From Vicugna vicugna (lineage: Eukaryota), in NCBI GenBank assembly GCA_013265495.1, contig MU057521.1, forward strand, positions 1,314,335 through 1,378,334: a stretch of 64,000 nucleotides of DNA, read 5' to 3'. Positions 1-12,929 of this stretch are shown here, in pieces. Within the stretch, counting starts at the first letter, position 1. The number at the start of each line of letters is the position of its first letter. The position numbers were made by a program, and so were the translations under genes. Below the pieces are notes generated by a model, which did not search any database, was not told where the DNA came from, and saw only the letters and a program-made list of their open reading frames with translations.

Positions 1-499
1 AGCGATAAGTGTTTCACCGTTTCAGGCTAGGTACACATACGCATAAAGACTCCTCCACACCCCTAGCACACACACACAGACTTCTGCCTCTTACTGGGAG
101 TCCAGAACCCTTTCCTTAGCCTCCTAGATTGGTAGGAGCTCTTGTATCATTTTAGCAATGGAGAGTTTTAACAATAAAAAACTTTGATAGGTTTCTATTC
201 TGAACACAAAATCTATAAAATTAATGTTAAAGCAAATAATTCTCATTAGTCATACATTAAATATTAAAATTTATTTGTTGCCTTAGTAGTTTAAAATGTG
301 AAAGGTTTTTGGATCAAAATTGAGAAAAATTTTATGAGAAATACATTCTAAATGAAATTTCATGAATGAGCATGCAAGAATTAAAAAAGAAAATATCTTT
401 ATAACTTTCTAAGATTGCTTTAGTTATTTGACTTTACCTTTTAAAAAAAAGTTCATTTTTATAATCTTATTTTTCCCATGATATTCAAATCTTCTACAT

Positions 500-1380
500 T
501 TATTTTTAGAAGCTTTATTGTAGAGAATTTCAAATATACAGAAAACTAAACATAATATAATGAATTCCCCTGTACTCAGTCACTCAGCTTGAACAGTTAT
601 CAATTCAGAGTCGATTTTATTTTGTCTATACCTACTTCCTACCCTCTCCCGTATTCTGGTATGCATCGCTAAAAGGTAAGTGCTATTTTTCTAAAACATA
701 AACACAGTATCATTATCATACCAAAATAACTCCTTTATATTATTTATTATCTGGCGTTTGTTCAAATTTCTAATTGTTTCATAAATGTCATATTGATTTG
801 TTGTTTCTTTTTTCCTTACAGTTTATTTCTTTGAGTCAGGATCCAACATTCCGTATATTACAAACGATTACTGCATTTCTTAAGTCTCCTTTAATTCATA
901 GGTTCCCCTTCTTTTTTTTTTCTCCATACAGTTTACTTGTTGAAGGAAATGAGTCATTTGTCCTGTAGAGGTTCGCACAGTCTAAATCTTGCTAATTGCA
1001 TTTCCCTTGTGCTGTTTAAAATGTTCCTCTCTATTTCCTATAAATCTGATAGTTGAATCTAGATCTAGAGACTTAATCAGAATCAGGGCATGGTTTTTAT
1101 TTGATAAAACTGCTACACAGGAGGAGGTATGTTTTCATTGTGAGGCGAATAATGTCTGCATATCTCCTTTTTTGGTGATATTAACATCTGTTAATGATCA
1201 GTGCTGGATCTACTAACTCTTTAGCAGTTACAAAATATATTACTCTAATTATATTATCCCTTCTTTATTTGTGAGCTGTAAGTCTTCAGTAAAGAAAACC
1301 TTCCCCCATAGGTACTACTGTCATCAAGTGGTATAGTTTATAAAGACAAGATAATGTTCATTTCTTCCTCTTTATGTACC
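500..1380 (-). mobile_element. Old L1 (L1MC-type) 3' end fragment
   Basis: tttattgtagagaatttcaaatatacagaaaa... typical antisense L1M 3' UTR; similar to the fragment at about 46100-46960. Confidence 0.55.
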
Positions 1381-1533
1381 AATTCTGAAAATAACAGATT
1401 GATTTATGCTCTGACCAGAGGCAAAAGGAAAAGAGAAAAGAGATGTCCATGCAGAAATATCTGCACTGTGCAAAGAGACGATAGTTTCAGAAAAGCATAT
1501 TTTGGGAACTGTAATTTAAAGCTAGACCACAGA

Positions 1534-1569
1534 TACCTCCTCTAAAAGTAAATAAGTAAACCTAACCCC

Positions 1570-1593
<24 letters not shown>
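1534..1593 (+). mobile_element. 5'-truncated camelid-type SINE tail with (TAAA)n
   Basis: tacctcctctaaaagtaaataagtaaacctaa...(taaa)n resembles the 3' part of the full SINE copies in this window; cacaga occurs on both sides. Confidence 0.55.
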
Positions 1594-1600
<7 letters not shown>

Positions 1601-1699
1601 GTATATGGGAGGATGATAGAAATAAGTCTATAAAGGTAGATGTACACCATTAATAAAGAACTCTGTATGCCACATGGAAGGTTTTGACATCTCATGCCA

Positions 1700-1915
1700 A
1701 AGTCAGCAAACTTTCTCTGGAAAGACCGTGAATATTTTAAGCTTTGCAAACCATACAGTCTTTGTCACAACTGTGCAACTGGACTCTGCTATCGTAGCAG
1801 TCAAGCAGCTATTGATGGTGTGGAAGTGAACAGGCATGGCTGCATTCCAATAAAACTTTTTTTTACAAAACAGACAACAGACTGGATTTGGCCTGTGATC
1901 CTTAGTTTACTAATC
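1700..1915. mobile_element. MER58A-like hAT-Charlie DNA transposon relic
   Basis: gtcagcaaactttc...aatattttaagctttgc...ggctgcattccaataaaactttt...ctggatttggcc. Confidence 0.7.
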
Positions 1916-1924
1916 CTTAGTAAC

Positions 1925-2025
1925 TTTGCTTCTCAGGCTTTAGGGTCCATCAGAATCACCTGGAAACTGCTGAGTGCCATCTCCAGAGTTTTTGATTCAG
2001 AAGATCTGGGGTGCAGCCTGAGAAC
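1925..2025. mobile_element. MER5A-like fragment
   Basis: catcagaatcacctgga...ccagagtttttgattcagaagatctggggtgcagcctgagaa. Confidence 0.6.
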
Positions 2026-2544
2026 TGGGGTGGAGGTGGATGAATGATTTCACTTGGAAAGGGGGCTCAGACATGGAATTAGACCAACATTTAAGAGGAG
2101 CTTAGCTGAGAAACAGGAGGCAAACCAAAGTAGTGCCAAAAACTCAAGTAGAGATTTCAAAGAGAAGGATTGGTGACCTTTCATCTGCAAGATGGAATGA
2201 TGTGGAGAGAGAGGGAAACGTTCAAGGACATAAGTCATTTTAGAGACAGGCCGAAAGTGAGGTTCTGTAGATTCAGTATCAACAAGCAATGGCAGCTGGT
2301 TGGCTATGCATCACAAAGGAAGGACCTGAGATTTCCCTGAAAACCTCTAGTAAGAAGACATATTACCTTCTAAAACTACTCTGTTTTTTAAAAATTCCTT
2401 CCGTATCCTGAGTTAAAATCTCCCTTCCTGTATCTACTGGCTAAAGCCGATTTTCATCATTTGGTGGAGGGGTCATCTTTGTCATACTGATAAAAATATG
2501 AACTCTTTTAAGAAAACAAAATGCTATAATGCATTGGCTCTTTA

Positions 2545-2675
2545 TTAGAAAGCTTTGTAAAATAAATGCCTAGGTCCACTACCGCAGGTGGAAAAAAATC
2601 AGAATCACTGACTGGGATTAGATCTAGGCATTCACATTTCAAAAAGTTCCTCAGGTAATTGTGATGTATATCAGC
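2545..2675. mobile_element. MER5-like fragment
   Basis: aatcagaatcact...ctaggcattcacatttcaaaaagttcctcaggtaattgtgatg. Confidence 0.5.
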
Positions 2676-3486
2676 AGAGCTATAAAGGTATATACAGCTC
2701 TGCATATATACCTCTTGTTTTTTGTTACAACATAGGTATCTGTTAAGTCTCCTAAATCTTCTCCAAACCAAACATTCTTCATTTCTTTCACAACTCTTAG
2801 GATTTCCAGACCCCTTATCATCATTGTTGCTCTCCTCTTAGAATCATTAAGACTTGATGGTATCTCAAGTATTATCTGACCCACAAAATTAAAATCATAC
2901 TTACCTTTTAACTTAGCACTGTTTTCTACAGAAAGAAAACAGCACTGTAAACCTTGAGTGTCAAAGAAAGGCATCACTAGGATTTGAAAGATGACTAACA
3001 CGAGATAGAAAAGAGATTTTTAGGTTGAGAATGATTTGAACAAGTAGACTAGGGAAACCTGACTCAAGGGGGTCTAGAAGTTAAGCAGTGATGGTTAGTT
3101 TAAACACACACACACACACACGAATTAGTTTCTCTGTTTTTTGAGTGTCATGCACTTTTTATCTTGTAGGTAGTAAGTGACCATTGAAGATATTGAGAAG
3201 GGGTGTGATATAAAGAAGTGATTATTTTAGAGGTAACTGACTAATGCAAGGAGGTCAGATCCAAGACTGTTGGAATAATTCAGTTGTAAATTATTGGCAA
3301 TAGAAATGAAAGTAAACAATACAGGAAGTGTTTTGGAGAATAAAGTCACAAGATTTGAAGATAGTTTGAAATAGCAAGAGAGCCATTATATTCATAGTTG
3401 GGAAAAGAGGAAAGTGATAGAACCACTGAGAAGACAAGTAAAGAAATAAAAATGAGGAGTTATTTCTAAAGTTAAGGTATGGAGAT

Positions 3487-3668
3487 GGGAGGGTATGGTT
3501 CAGTGGTAGAATGTGTGCTTAGCATGCAAGAGGTCCTGGGTTCAACCCCCAGCACTTCCATTAAAAGTAATAATAATGAATAAATAAATGAAGCTAATTA
3601 CCTCCACCACCACCCCCCCAAAAAACCTAAATAAATAAAAATAAAAATAATTTTAAAAAATTGTTTAA
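3487..3668 (+). mobile_element. tRNA-Ala-derived SINE (Vic-1-like, camelid)
   Basis: gggagggtatggttcagtggtagaatgtgtgcttagcatgcaagaggtcctgggttcaacccccagcacttcca head with Pol III A and B boxes; A-rich tail; degenerate TSD aaagtta. Confidence 0.85.
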
Positions 3669-4339
3669 ATAAAGTTAAAATATGAAAAAAGAAGCTTGAG
3701 ACATTGACTTTATCTAGCAAACAATAGTAATATGGGACTAACCTTTATGAAAAGTGTTGTGATTCAATAAATATTTTGGAGTCATCCTTAAGGAGATACT
3801 ACTTGAAACTTACAGAATGAGTAAGTTTTGTAATTGAAAAACCTAGAGCCAAATGCTGACCCTTATGGAGGATTACTCTGTGGGGAGAGAAAAAACAGTA
3901 TATATAAGAGGGGAGCAGTCAGAGGCATGCTGGGACAGACCAGGTTGAGATACTAACATAAGAGGAAAGGAGAGATTGTCAAGGTGGGCATCATGCTCAG
4001 ATACTTAACTGAGTAACTCACAGTGCGGACCTTTAAAACCTACGCAGAACCAGAAGTCCTTGGTCTCAGACCAAGATTTAGATTTAACAGATATCTGTTG
4101 AGCACCTGCACATCGCTCACTGCTCATTGTCTTTGATCAATACTCTGTTCAATAGTGTGATAAATCAACGGTATTTAGTAGTCATTTAGATTGTGCTTAC
4201 TCCCTACATAGAAGGTTGGTCAAAAAGGAAGAAGAAAAAGATTTGACATTGTTGATCAAAGCTAGTGCAGCTGGCAATCAGAGATATGTTTCTTCTCCCA
4301 AACCCCCAGAAAAGTATATGTTATGGGACTGTTATCCAG

Positions 4340-4645
4340 CACAGTACCAGACCTCACTGTGATTTGAGTTAGTTGTTTGTGAAAACAGAGGTAACATCTA
4401 TCTTCCAAGGTTTCTGTAAGAACTAAATGAAGTAATGCTGATAAAAGGAATAATTAACATTTATAGCATGCTGTTATGTGCCTGGCACTGCTAATAAGCA
4501 CTTTACACTGATACAATCCTTAGTAGCCATTTTATAGATATGGAAACAGAGATTAAATAACTTGCCCAAAGTCACACAGCTGGAAAATGACAGAACTGAC
4601 ATTGCCTTGTTCCAGACTGGCTCCTAATCACTACACCACACTGCT
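4340..4645. mobile_element. MIR SINE fragments
   Basis: cattttatagatatggaaacagag...aaataacttgcccaaagtcacacagctgg MIR core. Confidence 0.75.
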
Positions 4646-4826
4646 TCCTTTAATAGAAACGATGAACATGGAAGCCCCTGACCTAATATGATACCAAAAA
4701 CAACTATTCCATAAATATTAATTTCCCTTTTGTGATACCAGTTCAGAATGTTTATTAATGTTAATGAAAAAATTGATATTTTAGTTTTTTAATTGCTTTA
4801 CATGAATTTCAAAATTTCTTTCCTAG

Positions 4827-4947
4827 CTCAATGTCAATCGCTGCAAGCTTAGTGAGTGAAGATACAAAGACCAAGTTTTTGAACAAAATGGGTCAGTTGA
4901 CAACATCAGGTGCCATGCTGGCCAATGTGTTTCAGAGAAAGAAGTAA
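4827..4947 (+). CDS. RELCH: RELCH (KIAA1468) terminal coding exon
   Basis: Acceptor tttctttcctag|c; reads SMSIAASLVSEDTKTKFLNKMGQLTTSGAMLANVFQRKK then TAA at 4945-4947. Matches the RELCH C-terminus as I recall it; RELCH is the known upstream neighbour of TNFRSF11A. Confidence 0.93.
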
Positions 4948-6900
4948 AAGAAGGAAGGAAACCCCCAGTAAACACTAAGATGGACCTCAAGCAGACTGGT
5001 TCCTTGTACTTGAAGTACTTGCCTTTTTTATTTCCTTGTTTTATGTTCTTGCATTATAATTTTATCTTAACCTCCAAAGATATTTGCACTGCTTTTGATT
5101 ATTGCTGTATATCTGTTAATTTTGGAGTTATAACTGTGGTGATAGAAAATTGAGTTGATAGTCTGTACCAAGTCCCTCTTCTATGTTCTTGTCTCTCGGA
5201 ATAATTTTTTTTATATATATATATATAGTGAAGAGGTTTTTTTTTTAATTTTTGGATGGGATATTAGCAAATATCTGTATGATACACTAAGCTATTCAAT
5301 GGTACTTAAAATAATGTAAATCTGAAGTCATTGTTATAAAGTAATTAAAGTGGAGATTACTTAAGTATTTAAATTATGAAAGAATAATGCAGACTTTTTA
5401 TTGTTTCTTAACTGACTAGAAAGAGCCACCAGCATTACTCTGTGCCTTTTGGACTTCAGTTTGTGTGTCTGTAGGAATTGTATGCATTCCATTCACACAG
5501 TATTTATAATACTGTAATGAATTTGAATTACAAATCCTACAGTCAGTAGATAATAGTGAAACTTTGAACATTTCAGCACTCTCATGAATATTCTTTAAGT
5601 GCTATATAAACCCCCCCATCACTTACATGCATATAATGGACTTAACCTGAGTAAAGACAGCACATGGGGAGTGGTACCCAAGGTGAATTTTACAAACTGG
5701 TGTATAGTAGATTTAAATATTCAAAAATAAATTTAAGTAAGAAGAGCTAATAGTTGTGACTTTTTCCCCCAAATTGAAATACAGAAGAAAATACAGTTTG
5801 AATCTGAAATTAACACTTATTTACGTAAAACATTTTATTTAAGATGTTTTCGTATGATTTTAATTTCAGAGATTATCTTTTCATTCCTTGTGTTCCAGAG
5901 AAGTACAGACAAGTTAAGGACATTTGGGGGCTGCTTTTTTCCCTCTAAACTAAAATGACATTGGCTAAATTATTATTGAGTTAGTCATCACCTTGTCCCT
6001 TAAAGTCAGTGACTATTTTTGTGTTTGATATATATTTCTTAGAGTCTTAAGTAAGTGTACAGTTCCATGGAATTTGACAGTTGTCTGTAAAGTAATGCAA
6101 CTTGAAGTAGCAGAGTGGTACTGGACATAGAAAGGTGGTTGGTTTAAGGGGTTAATGTGAGGCCTTTTTGAAAAATGAATATTTTGGTAAACAGAATTCT
6201 CTTTTGAGCACAGCTGATACAAATGGGTGATTGTCATGTTTGTTGTATAAACTGGTTTAATACACTTGGAACATAGTTGGATTACATTGACTTCCTGGGA
6301 AAGCTAGCTTACCACACATTAAGCTTATAAAATAAGTTGCCATAGGCAAAGCCATTTAAAAAGTTTATTCTGAAATTATTTCTTTTACCTACAGTGAAAT
6401 AATTGTTAACTAACTAGTCTTTCTGGAAACTGTTGGATTCTAGGCATTCCTGAGAAATTGAAAGTGGCTACCTTTCATGTCAAAAATGTTGATCTATTAT
6501 AAATAAAATGTTTTTGCATACTTGTTTTGGTTTTAATTTTGGCTATGTGTATTTATTTTCATTTTGAAACACTATATGCTATATCCAAGCAAAAGGAGAT
6601 GACAAAGTGTATATTCATTAAAATATACCAATCTTTTATTTTAGAAATACAATCTATATAAATTACCAATATTTTAGTTTACTTTAACTAAAAGATTTTG
6701 TTGTATTTAAAATTTAACAAATACATTTCAGAGATGATTTAAAGAAAACATATTTAAATTCTCATTTGGTTTGAACTATAATAAAATTAGTATATTTGTT
6801 ACCTGGTGAATAAATATAATGTATTTTTAATGTGATAATTGTTATTAATTTGTGAATCCATTTATCTAAATGCTAATAAATTTTTTCAAAGGCACCAGCT
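4948..6900 (+). other. RELCH: RELCH 3' UTR (end approximate)
   Basis: AT-rich unique sequence after the stop. AATAAA at 6502-6507 followed by a GT/T-rich tract; further AATAAA hexamers up to 6875-6880. Confidence 0.65.
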
Positions 6901-9900
6901 AGTAAGATACACAGCATGTTTCAAGTGAGTCTCCCTTATTATACTGTTAAATATCTTAATGTCAGTGAGACTTCACATTTATTTTCGCATTGATTTTTTT
7001 TTTTTTGGTAAAATAGGGACTCTTTCAAGACAAGACAGACACTCATCACTGAGACTAAGAATGTTCTTCTAAAACAAGCTGTAAAAGTCCCATCCTCAGT
7101 CTTTTTAAAGCAGAAGTAAAAATGGTACAAATAAAAGCTAGGCTTACAAAGTAATGAAAAGTTAATTTGAAATTATGCTCCAAAGTAAGCACAATTTTTC
7201 AGAAATCCAAATGTGCCATAGTTGCCAGTTTTGCTGAATTATTCCAAGAACACTGAATGGCAGCACTATCTACCTCTGTACACAGTGTCCCTGACCTTCG
7301 TTTATTTGCATCAGTGCCCCTTTGAAAGATTACTTTGCTAAACATCGTATGGTCTTAACAACCTGAATTTGTGAGTAATTTAAGTAATTTTCATGGGACC
7401 TCAATCCAAGTTGCTATCAAACTTTTCTTACAGAAAAAAATTGGTTCAAATAGTCTCTGATAAAGTTTGGGGAGGTGAAATCAGTGTGTATTGAACTGTC
7501 TTTTCATGAACCCAATTTTTAAGATAACCTATGTTAGACCATCATTTGTTCTTTAAGGACATAACTTTCTCTAGACCCACTTTTTTGATCTTTGAACAGT
7601 AATAACTAACTGTAGTTAACATTTCAGGCTGATTACCAATTTCTTCATGGGTTTTTTTGTGTAAATAATGTATATTTAAAGAGCTTTGTAATTAGCCACT
7701 CTAATTCCTAAAATTCTCCAGATTGGCCAGGTAACAGAATTCCAACTTTATGTTGGATGTTGACTCTCTTATAAGCAAACTATGAAATAAATTTAGCCTT
7801 TCATGTGAATAGCCATGTGTTTGAAAGTTCTAATGTAACTTTACAGTGTACTTGGTTTTGTTACTATTTTATTTCAGTACACTTTAAAAATTAACAGATT
7901 GAAGATATATACTACCACTCAAAAATAATAAATGTATCTGGTAGATTTCTGCATATTGGCAAAAGAATTGGATTTTAGACGATTTTTATATAAGGGTGCT
8001 TCCTGTGCGTTTCGCCTGTGGAATCAGTGCTCTGATCACAGTGTGAGAGAGAGTGCCACGTCCCATCATTCATATTTTCCCTTCAGGACTAACTATAGGA
8101 AACTTTGTTTTGATTGCCTTCTTTATGGTTTACTTTGTTCGTATATTTAAGAAAAACCTGAAAATAAAAATTCCTGTGCACTGTATAAGACCATACCAAT
8201 CATAAAGTACACAACAGTTAATATTAGTAAGCTTAACAGAATATAAAAGAAAACTGTATTATGTGTTTTTGATAGTACACAGATAATTCCTTCAATTCTG
8301 TGTGGTAAGGAATGTAAATTATTTGCTTTTCTGCAAAGAGTCTTCAATAATATCTGGAAAATTCTGTCCAAAGCATGTCTATATTGGAGGACTGTTTTAC
8401 TATTTGAACTCCTTTTATTTCATTAAAGACTACTCCATTATTTTTATTCCAATTAGATCATTTCATGAATAGATTTCTTGAGGGACTTCAGTGTAGCAAA
8501 ATTTATGTTGTCTGTAAACTGGCATTTTGTGTCATTATAAGTATTAAAAAATTCTTTGTCAGTAATGTTATTTAAGGTTGTCATTTGTTGATAGAGTCTG
8601 CTTCTTAAAATTTTTAAACTACTATCTTAGTGGAAAAGTAGCCCTTTCTTCTACTGTTGGCATTTGCAGCCTTGGATACTTTTAGGTACGGATTTTCAGA
8701 GAAGCTAGCAATATTTTAAATACCTCTATGTAAAATACGCATTGTTGAGTAGTATTAATAATTTCTCATTGACTTTATGACTTCATCGGTGGTTTATCTT
8801 TATTTCTGATAATTACTTGACAATTCTTTAAATTTTTAGCTTTCTCTGTTCAGAAGCCTTCCATCATGTATTAAATAATGAACTTTAGAGTGAATACTTT
8901 AATAATGTGAATCATTTCCTAATTTATTTTTTATGTGGATTTTATCAATATAGTCACCTTTCTAACAAGTTATAACAAATTATTTTGTCTTACCACCAAA
9001 GAGCATAGAAATAATAACATACTTTCTATTCCTCACAAGACTTTATGAAAATTACACAATAGTAAAACTGAAAGTGCCTTAGCCCTTTGAAAGCTTTATG
9101 AAAGGTCAAAATGAAGTTTAGAATTTTAAATCACTGCATCGCTGAAGTGTGGATAACCCTCTCCCCCATACTTTTGTCTTCTAGTAAGTGAACAGGTTAC
9201 CATGCCAGGCGTGATGTACTGAACATGGCGGTAGAAGGCAGAAATCAGTTTTTGATTGTTAGTTTTGCCTACTTTAACCACTCCCAGAGTATCCAACCTA
9301 ATGAAGACTAGTAAGGTAAATTTGCTTTTTATTTACTAAAATTTGTGATTAAATTAAAATTTTCAAAGTTCTGCGTAAGTTAGTTTAATAGATTAGTTTT
9401 CCATTACATAATTTGTTTAGGACAAAGAGGAAAACTTGGAAAAGCTTTCCTCTTTGCAGCCCCACTCACATCTGTTAGTGTACATTTGATTCTTACAGTA
9501 ACTAGCTCCTTCGATATTTAGATTGAACTTCCAGGCTCCTTGTAATTAAACTTTTCATACTCAGGGAAGCAAAATAAGAACTAGCATTTTCTTGAAAATA
9601 AGTGGCTCCTAGTGTTTCCTAAAAGAAGGAAACCCTTCAGTTAACCATTGACCGTTAAAGTTAAAATCCAGGTTTCTTGCTGAAGCTACAGAAGTCTTCA
9701 AATCTGAGGAGGTATATGCTCCATATCAGATTTGGAGACCATTTTGCTTTCTTTGTCATACCAGAAAAACTCTTGTAATCATCCTCAAGAAATTACAGAA
9801 AGATGACAGAGGACTAGAGATGAACAAATGTCCTGATTTACAGATTTTGTACAATGTGGGTTACCATATAGTTCTCAATTTAAAAACTAGATATAAAAAC

Positions 9901-9914
9901 TGCAGGCTGGCCTT

Positions 9915-10004
9915 TTCTGACTGCCCAGCTCTTAAGTAACCCCTGTAACTCCCTCATCAGCCTGGTTTTTCTGTTTCATGGTTTTTACCAGCACTCATTT
10001 TCTT

Positions 10005-10045
<41 letters not shown>

Positions 10046-10170
10046 TCTGTCTCTCTCACTAGACTGAGCTCCAGGAGAGGAAATGTTGTCTATCCTTTTC
10101 AATCAGTGTTTTGAAGAATGCCTGGTGTATGGTTGGTACTCAGTAAACATTAATTGAATGAATGAATGAA
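9915..10170 (+). mobile_element. L2 3' end containing a T38 homopolymer (10007-10044)
   Basis: cactagactgagctcc...gaatgcctgg...gtactcagtaaacattaattgaatgaatgaatgaa L2 terminus. Confidence 0.75.
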
Positions 10171-10439
10171 TTATTGAGCTTGGAACCAGTTCTATGCAAG
10201 TTCTCTAGTTAGATTAAAAAGATGATTATAAGGATCTAAAACAGTATGAATTTACTGATACTACATTCCAAACTAACCTAATGTCCTTTCTGTAGAGCCA
10301 TTATATACTGATAAGAATTGTGTAGTCTTGTGCATTTTGAGCTTAGCAAAGTATTTGACTGTTTCTCATAATGTCTTTATTTATGGGGTAGAAAATATGG
10401 GTAAATAAAAGTGTAAATAAAGAGTTGTGCCATGTGAGT

Positions 10440-12640
10440 ACCTATATTGTGCCAGGCATAGGATGCAATGAACATAGCTTGCAGCCAGGCAAGGAAGCAA
10501 ACAGGTTGAGAGAGAAAGACTGAGGAGGATTACCTTAATTAGAGTGATTACTGAAAGGCCCAAGGTAACGTTGTACCTTAAAACTAGGAAGAATAGGCTT
10601 TAACCATGTGCAAATAGGGAATAAAGGACATTATATGCATGGGCCTTGGTCTGTTCAAGGAACTGGAAAAAGAAAACCAGTGTGGCTGGAGCATTTTGAA
10701 TGAGATGGAGAATCAAAAGATGAAATTGGAGAGGAGCCGAGCCAGATCATTACAGGGCTTTGTACACTATGGTCAGAAACTAGAAAGGGAAGCTTTTGCA
10801 TAGTTGAAGCAGTAGAATGACTTGGTCCAATTTACATTATGGTTAAATATGCTTAAGCTTGGTGAGAATGCTCTGGAAAAGGGCATGAGTAGAGGCTGCA
10901 GTCACCCAAGCAAAAGATGACAATGGCTTGGACAAAAATGGAGGGGAAAAGGCATCTCTGAGAGAGATTTTGAAAGTAGAATTGGCATGACAGGTTGGGC
11001 ATGAAGAGTGAGAGAAAGAGAAAAACCAAAGATGTCAATGAGATTATGGCTAGAAAAACTGAGGAAATAATGGGTAATGACAATAGTGAGGAAGTGAGGT
11101 AAGGAACCAGTTTTAAGAGTCAGTCTACAGTTTTGTTTTAGATGTGTCCGATCCAGTATGTCCGAGAGTTACCTGTGTAAATGTCAAGTAAGAAGTTAGT
11201 TATCCAAGTCTGCATCTCAGGAGGGGTCAGGGTTGAAGCTGTAAATTAGAGAGTCATCAGTATTTGAATAAAGCCATGGAACTAAATGAGACGGCCTGAG
11301 GAGAGAGTAACTGTGAAGAAGAGGATCCAGATCTGAATCCTGGGACACTCTCATATTTGGAAATTCAGCAGAGCAAGAGGAACTACTAAAAGGTTCAGTT
11401 GGAATGTACAATAAGATAGGGGGAAACCAAGAAAGTGTAGCGTGCTCCTTAGTCAGGATGAGGGTAGATCTGAAATCCATTGGAAGATTCAAGTCGTTGA
11501 TGACTTCAACAGTAGTTCTGGTGGATTGGTGGAAATAGAAGCCTGATTGGAGTGGGTTAAAGAGAGACAATGACTAGAGAGGACAACTCTTTGAGGGAAT
11601 GTTGCCATTAAGGGGAGCGGTAGTACCGGGAGCTACAAAGGAACGTAAGGTCAAGGAGAGCTGTTTAGTTAAGTTTTGTAACAAGAGAAATTAGATTATG
11701 TTCATATGCTGATGAGAATAAACCACTAAAGTGAGAGGAAGTGATGAAGCAGCAGCAGTAACAGGCATCAACTGTGAGTGAAATCCTCGAGAAGACAAGA
11801 GGGTGAGGTCCAGAGCACAAATGCAGCCTGGCTGCCACTGTAACAGGAGAGAAAGCAGAGAACAGATACACTTGGAGGTAATTTGGTAGAGGTGGTGGTG
11901 GGAAGATTTGGGGGTTTCCGTTTAATTTCTTCTCTTCTCAGTGAAGTATGAAGCAAAGAGATTAGCTTGGCTGGCATGTGGAAAGTATTGGAGGTTTGAG
12001 AAGAAAGAAGGTAGAAATGGTTGTTTTCAAGAATGGCAGAATTAATAAGTGAGGGAACTGTAGGACTGCCAAGCAATTTTTGAATTTCATAGTAATTATG
12101 AATTTAAAGAAAGCCAGTTAACTCAATGTTCTTATTTTTTTTCTTCCAGACAATATTAGCTGTTCAGGAGCAGATGTGAAGTACACATACAATAAAGTAA
12201 AACCAGGTCTGGGTTTTTCCAGATGCATAAGAGGAGGAGAAAAGACAAGGATATTAAAGCTCCTTGCAAAGAAAAGATTATAGTGATGGACCATAGAATC
12301 TAAACTGGGAAAGGAGGAAAATGAGATACTGGAACGAGGAAGGAAATAAATAATCTGAGGAATGGGTCTCAGTAAAGTAAAAAATATGTAAGTGAACTGG
12401 AAAGATACTTTCTTTGAAAGGAGAAATGAAAAACAAATAACATACCTGTTCTACCTCTAAGCTCTAAGGAACAGAGGTTTGTGAGAACAAAATTGAAAAG
12501 CCTCCACTTAAAAGCATAGCGGGGAAGGTGATGTCTTAGGGGTAGCCAGGATTCAATTAATACAAGATGAACAAGAGACCCTTCAAGAGAAGAGGTTGAG
12601 GATGTAGATGAGAAATCTGAAGACAGACCTTGAGTTCCCA
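10440..12640 (-). mobile_element. Degenerate L2 LINE body
   Basis: Purine-rich + strand; minus-strand ORF fragments such as LFNPLQSGFYFHQSTRTT and VSQDSDLDPLLHS resemble L2 reverse transcriptase. Confidence 0.75.
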
Positions 12641-12929
12641 GACCTTGAGGTGTTGGGGAAGGAGAAACATTCTACAGTCCTGTGATTAGTTCTCCACCTT
12701 TAGTGCTCAGGGGGTGGAGGGGGGCGGTTAGAGACTAAGTAACTTTAAGGAATGTTCAGAGTAGCTCAAGAGTAAGACCTCTGGTCAAAAAAAGCTTGGG
12801 CTTCTGTTCAGTGAGGGAAGCAGGTTTGTGATGGCACAGTAGACAGTCTGAGAAAGTGGTTAGTTCCTCTAAGCTGGAAGTATAAGGTCCTTTGGTCCCC
12901 TGTTCTCTCTGCCAATCAGAGTGTTGTGG

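Noticed and set aside
880..1340. Similarity to 46130-46750 suggesting a segmental duplication
   Set aside because: Highly diverged; explained by two copies of the same old L1 family.
3487..3560. Apparent tRNA-Ala(AGC) genes here and at the other SINE heads
   Set aside because: Mismatched stems, shared non-tRNA tails and TSDs show they are SINEs.
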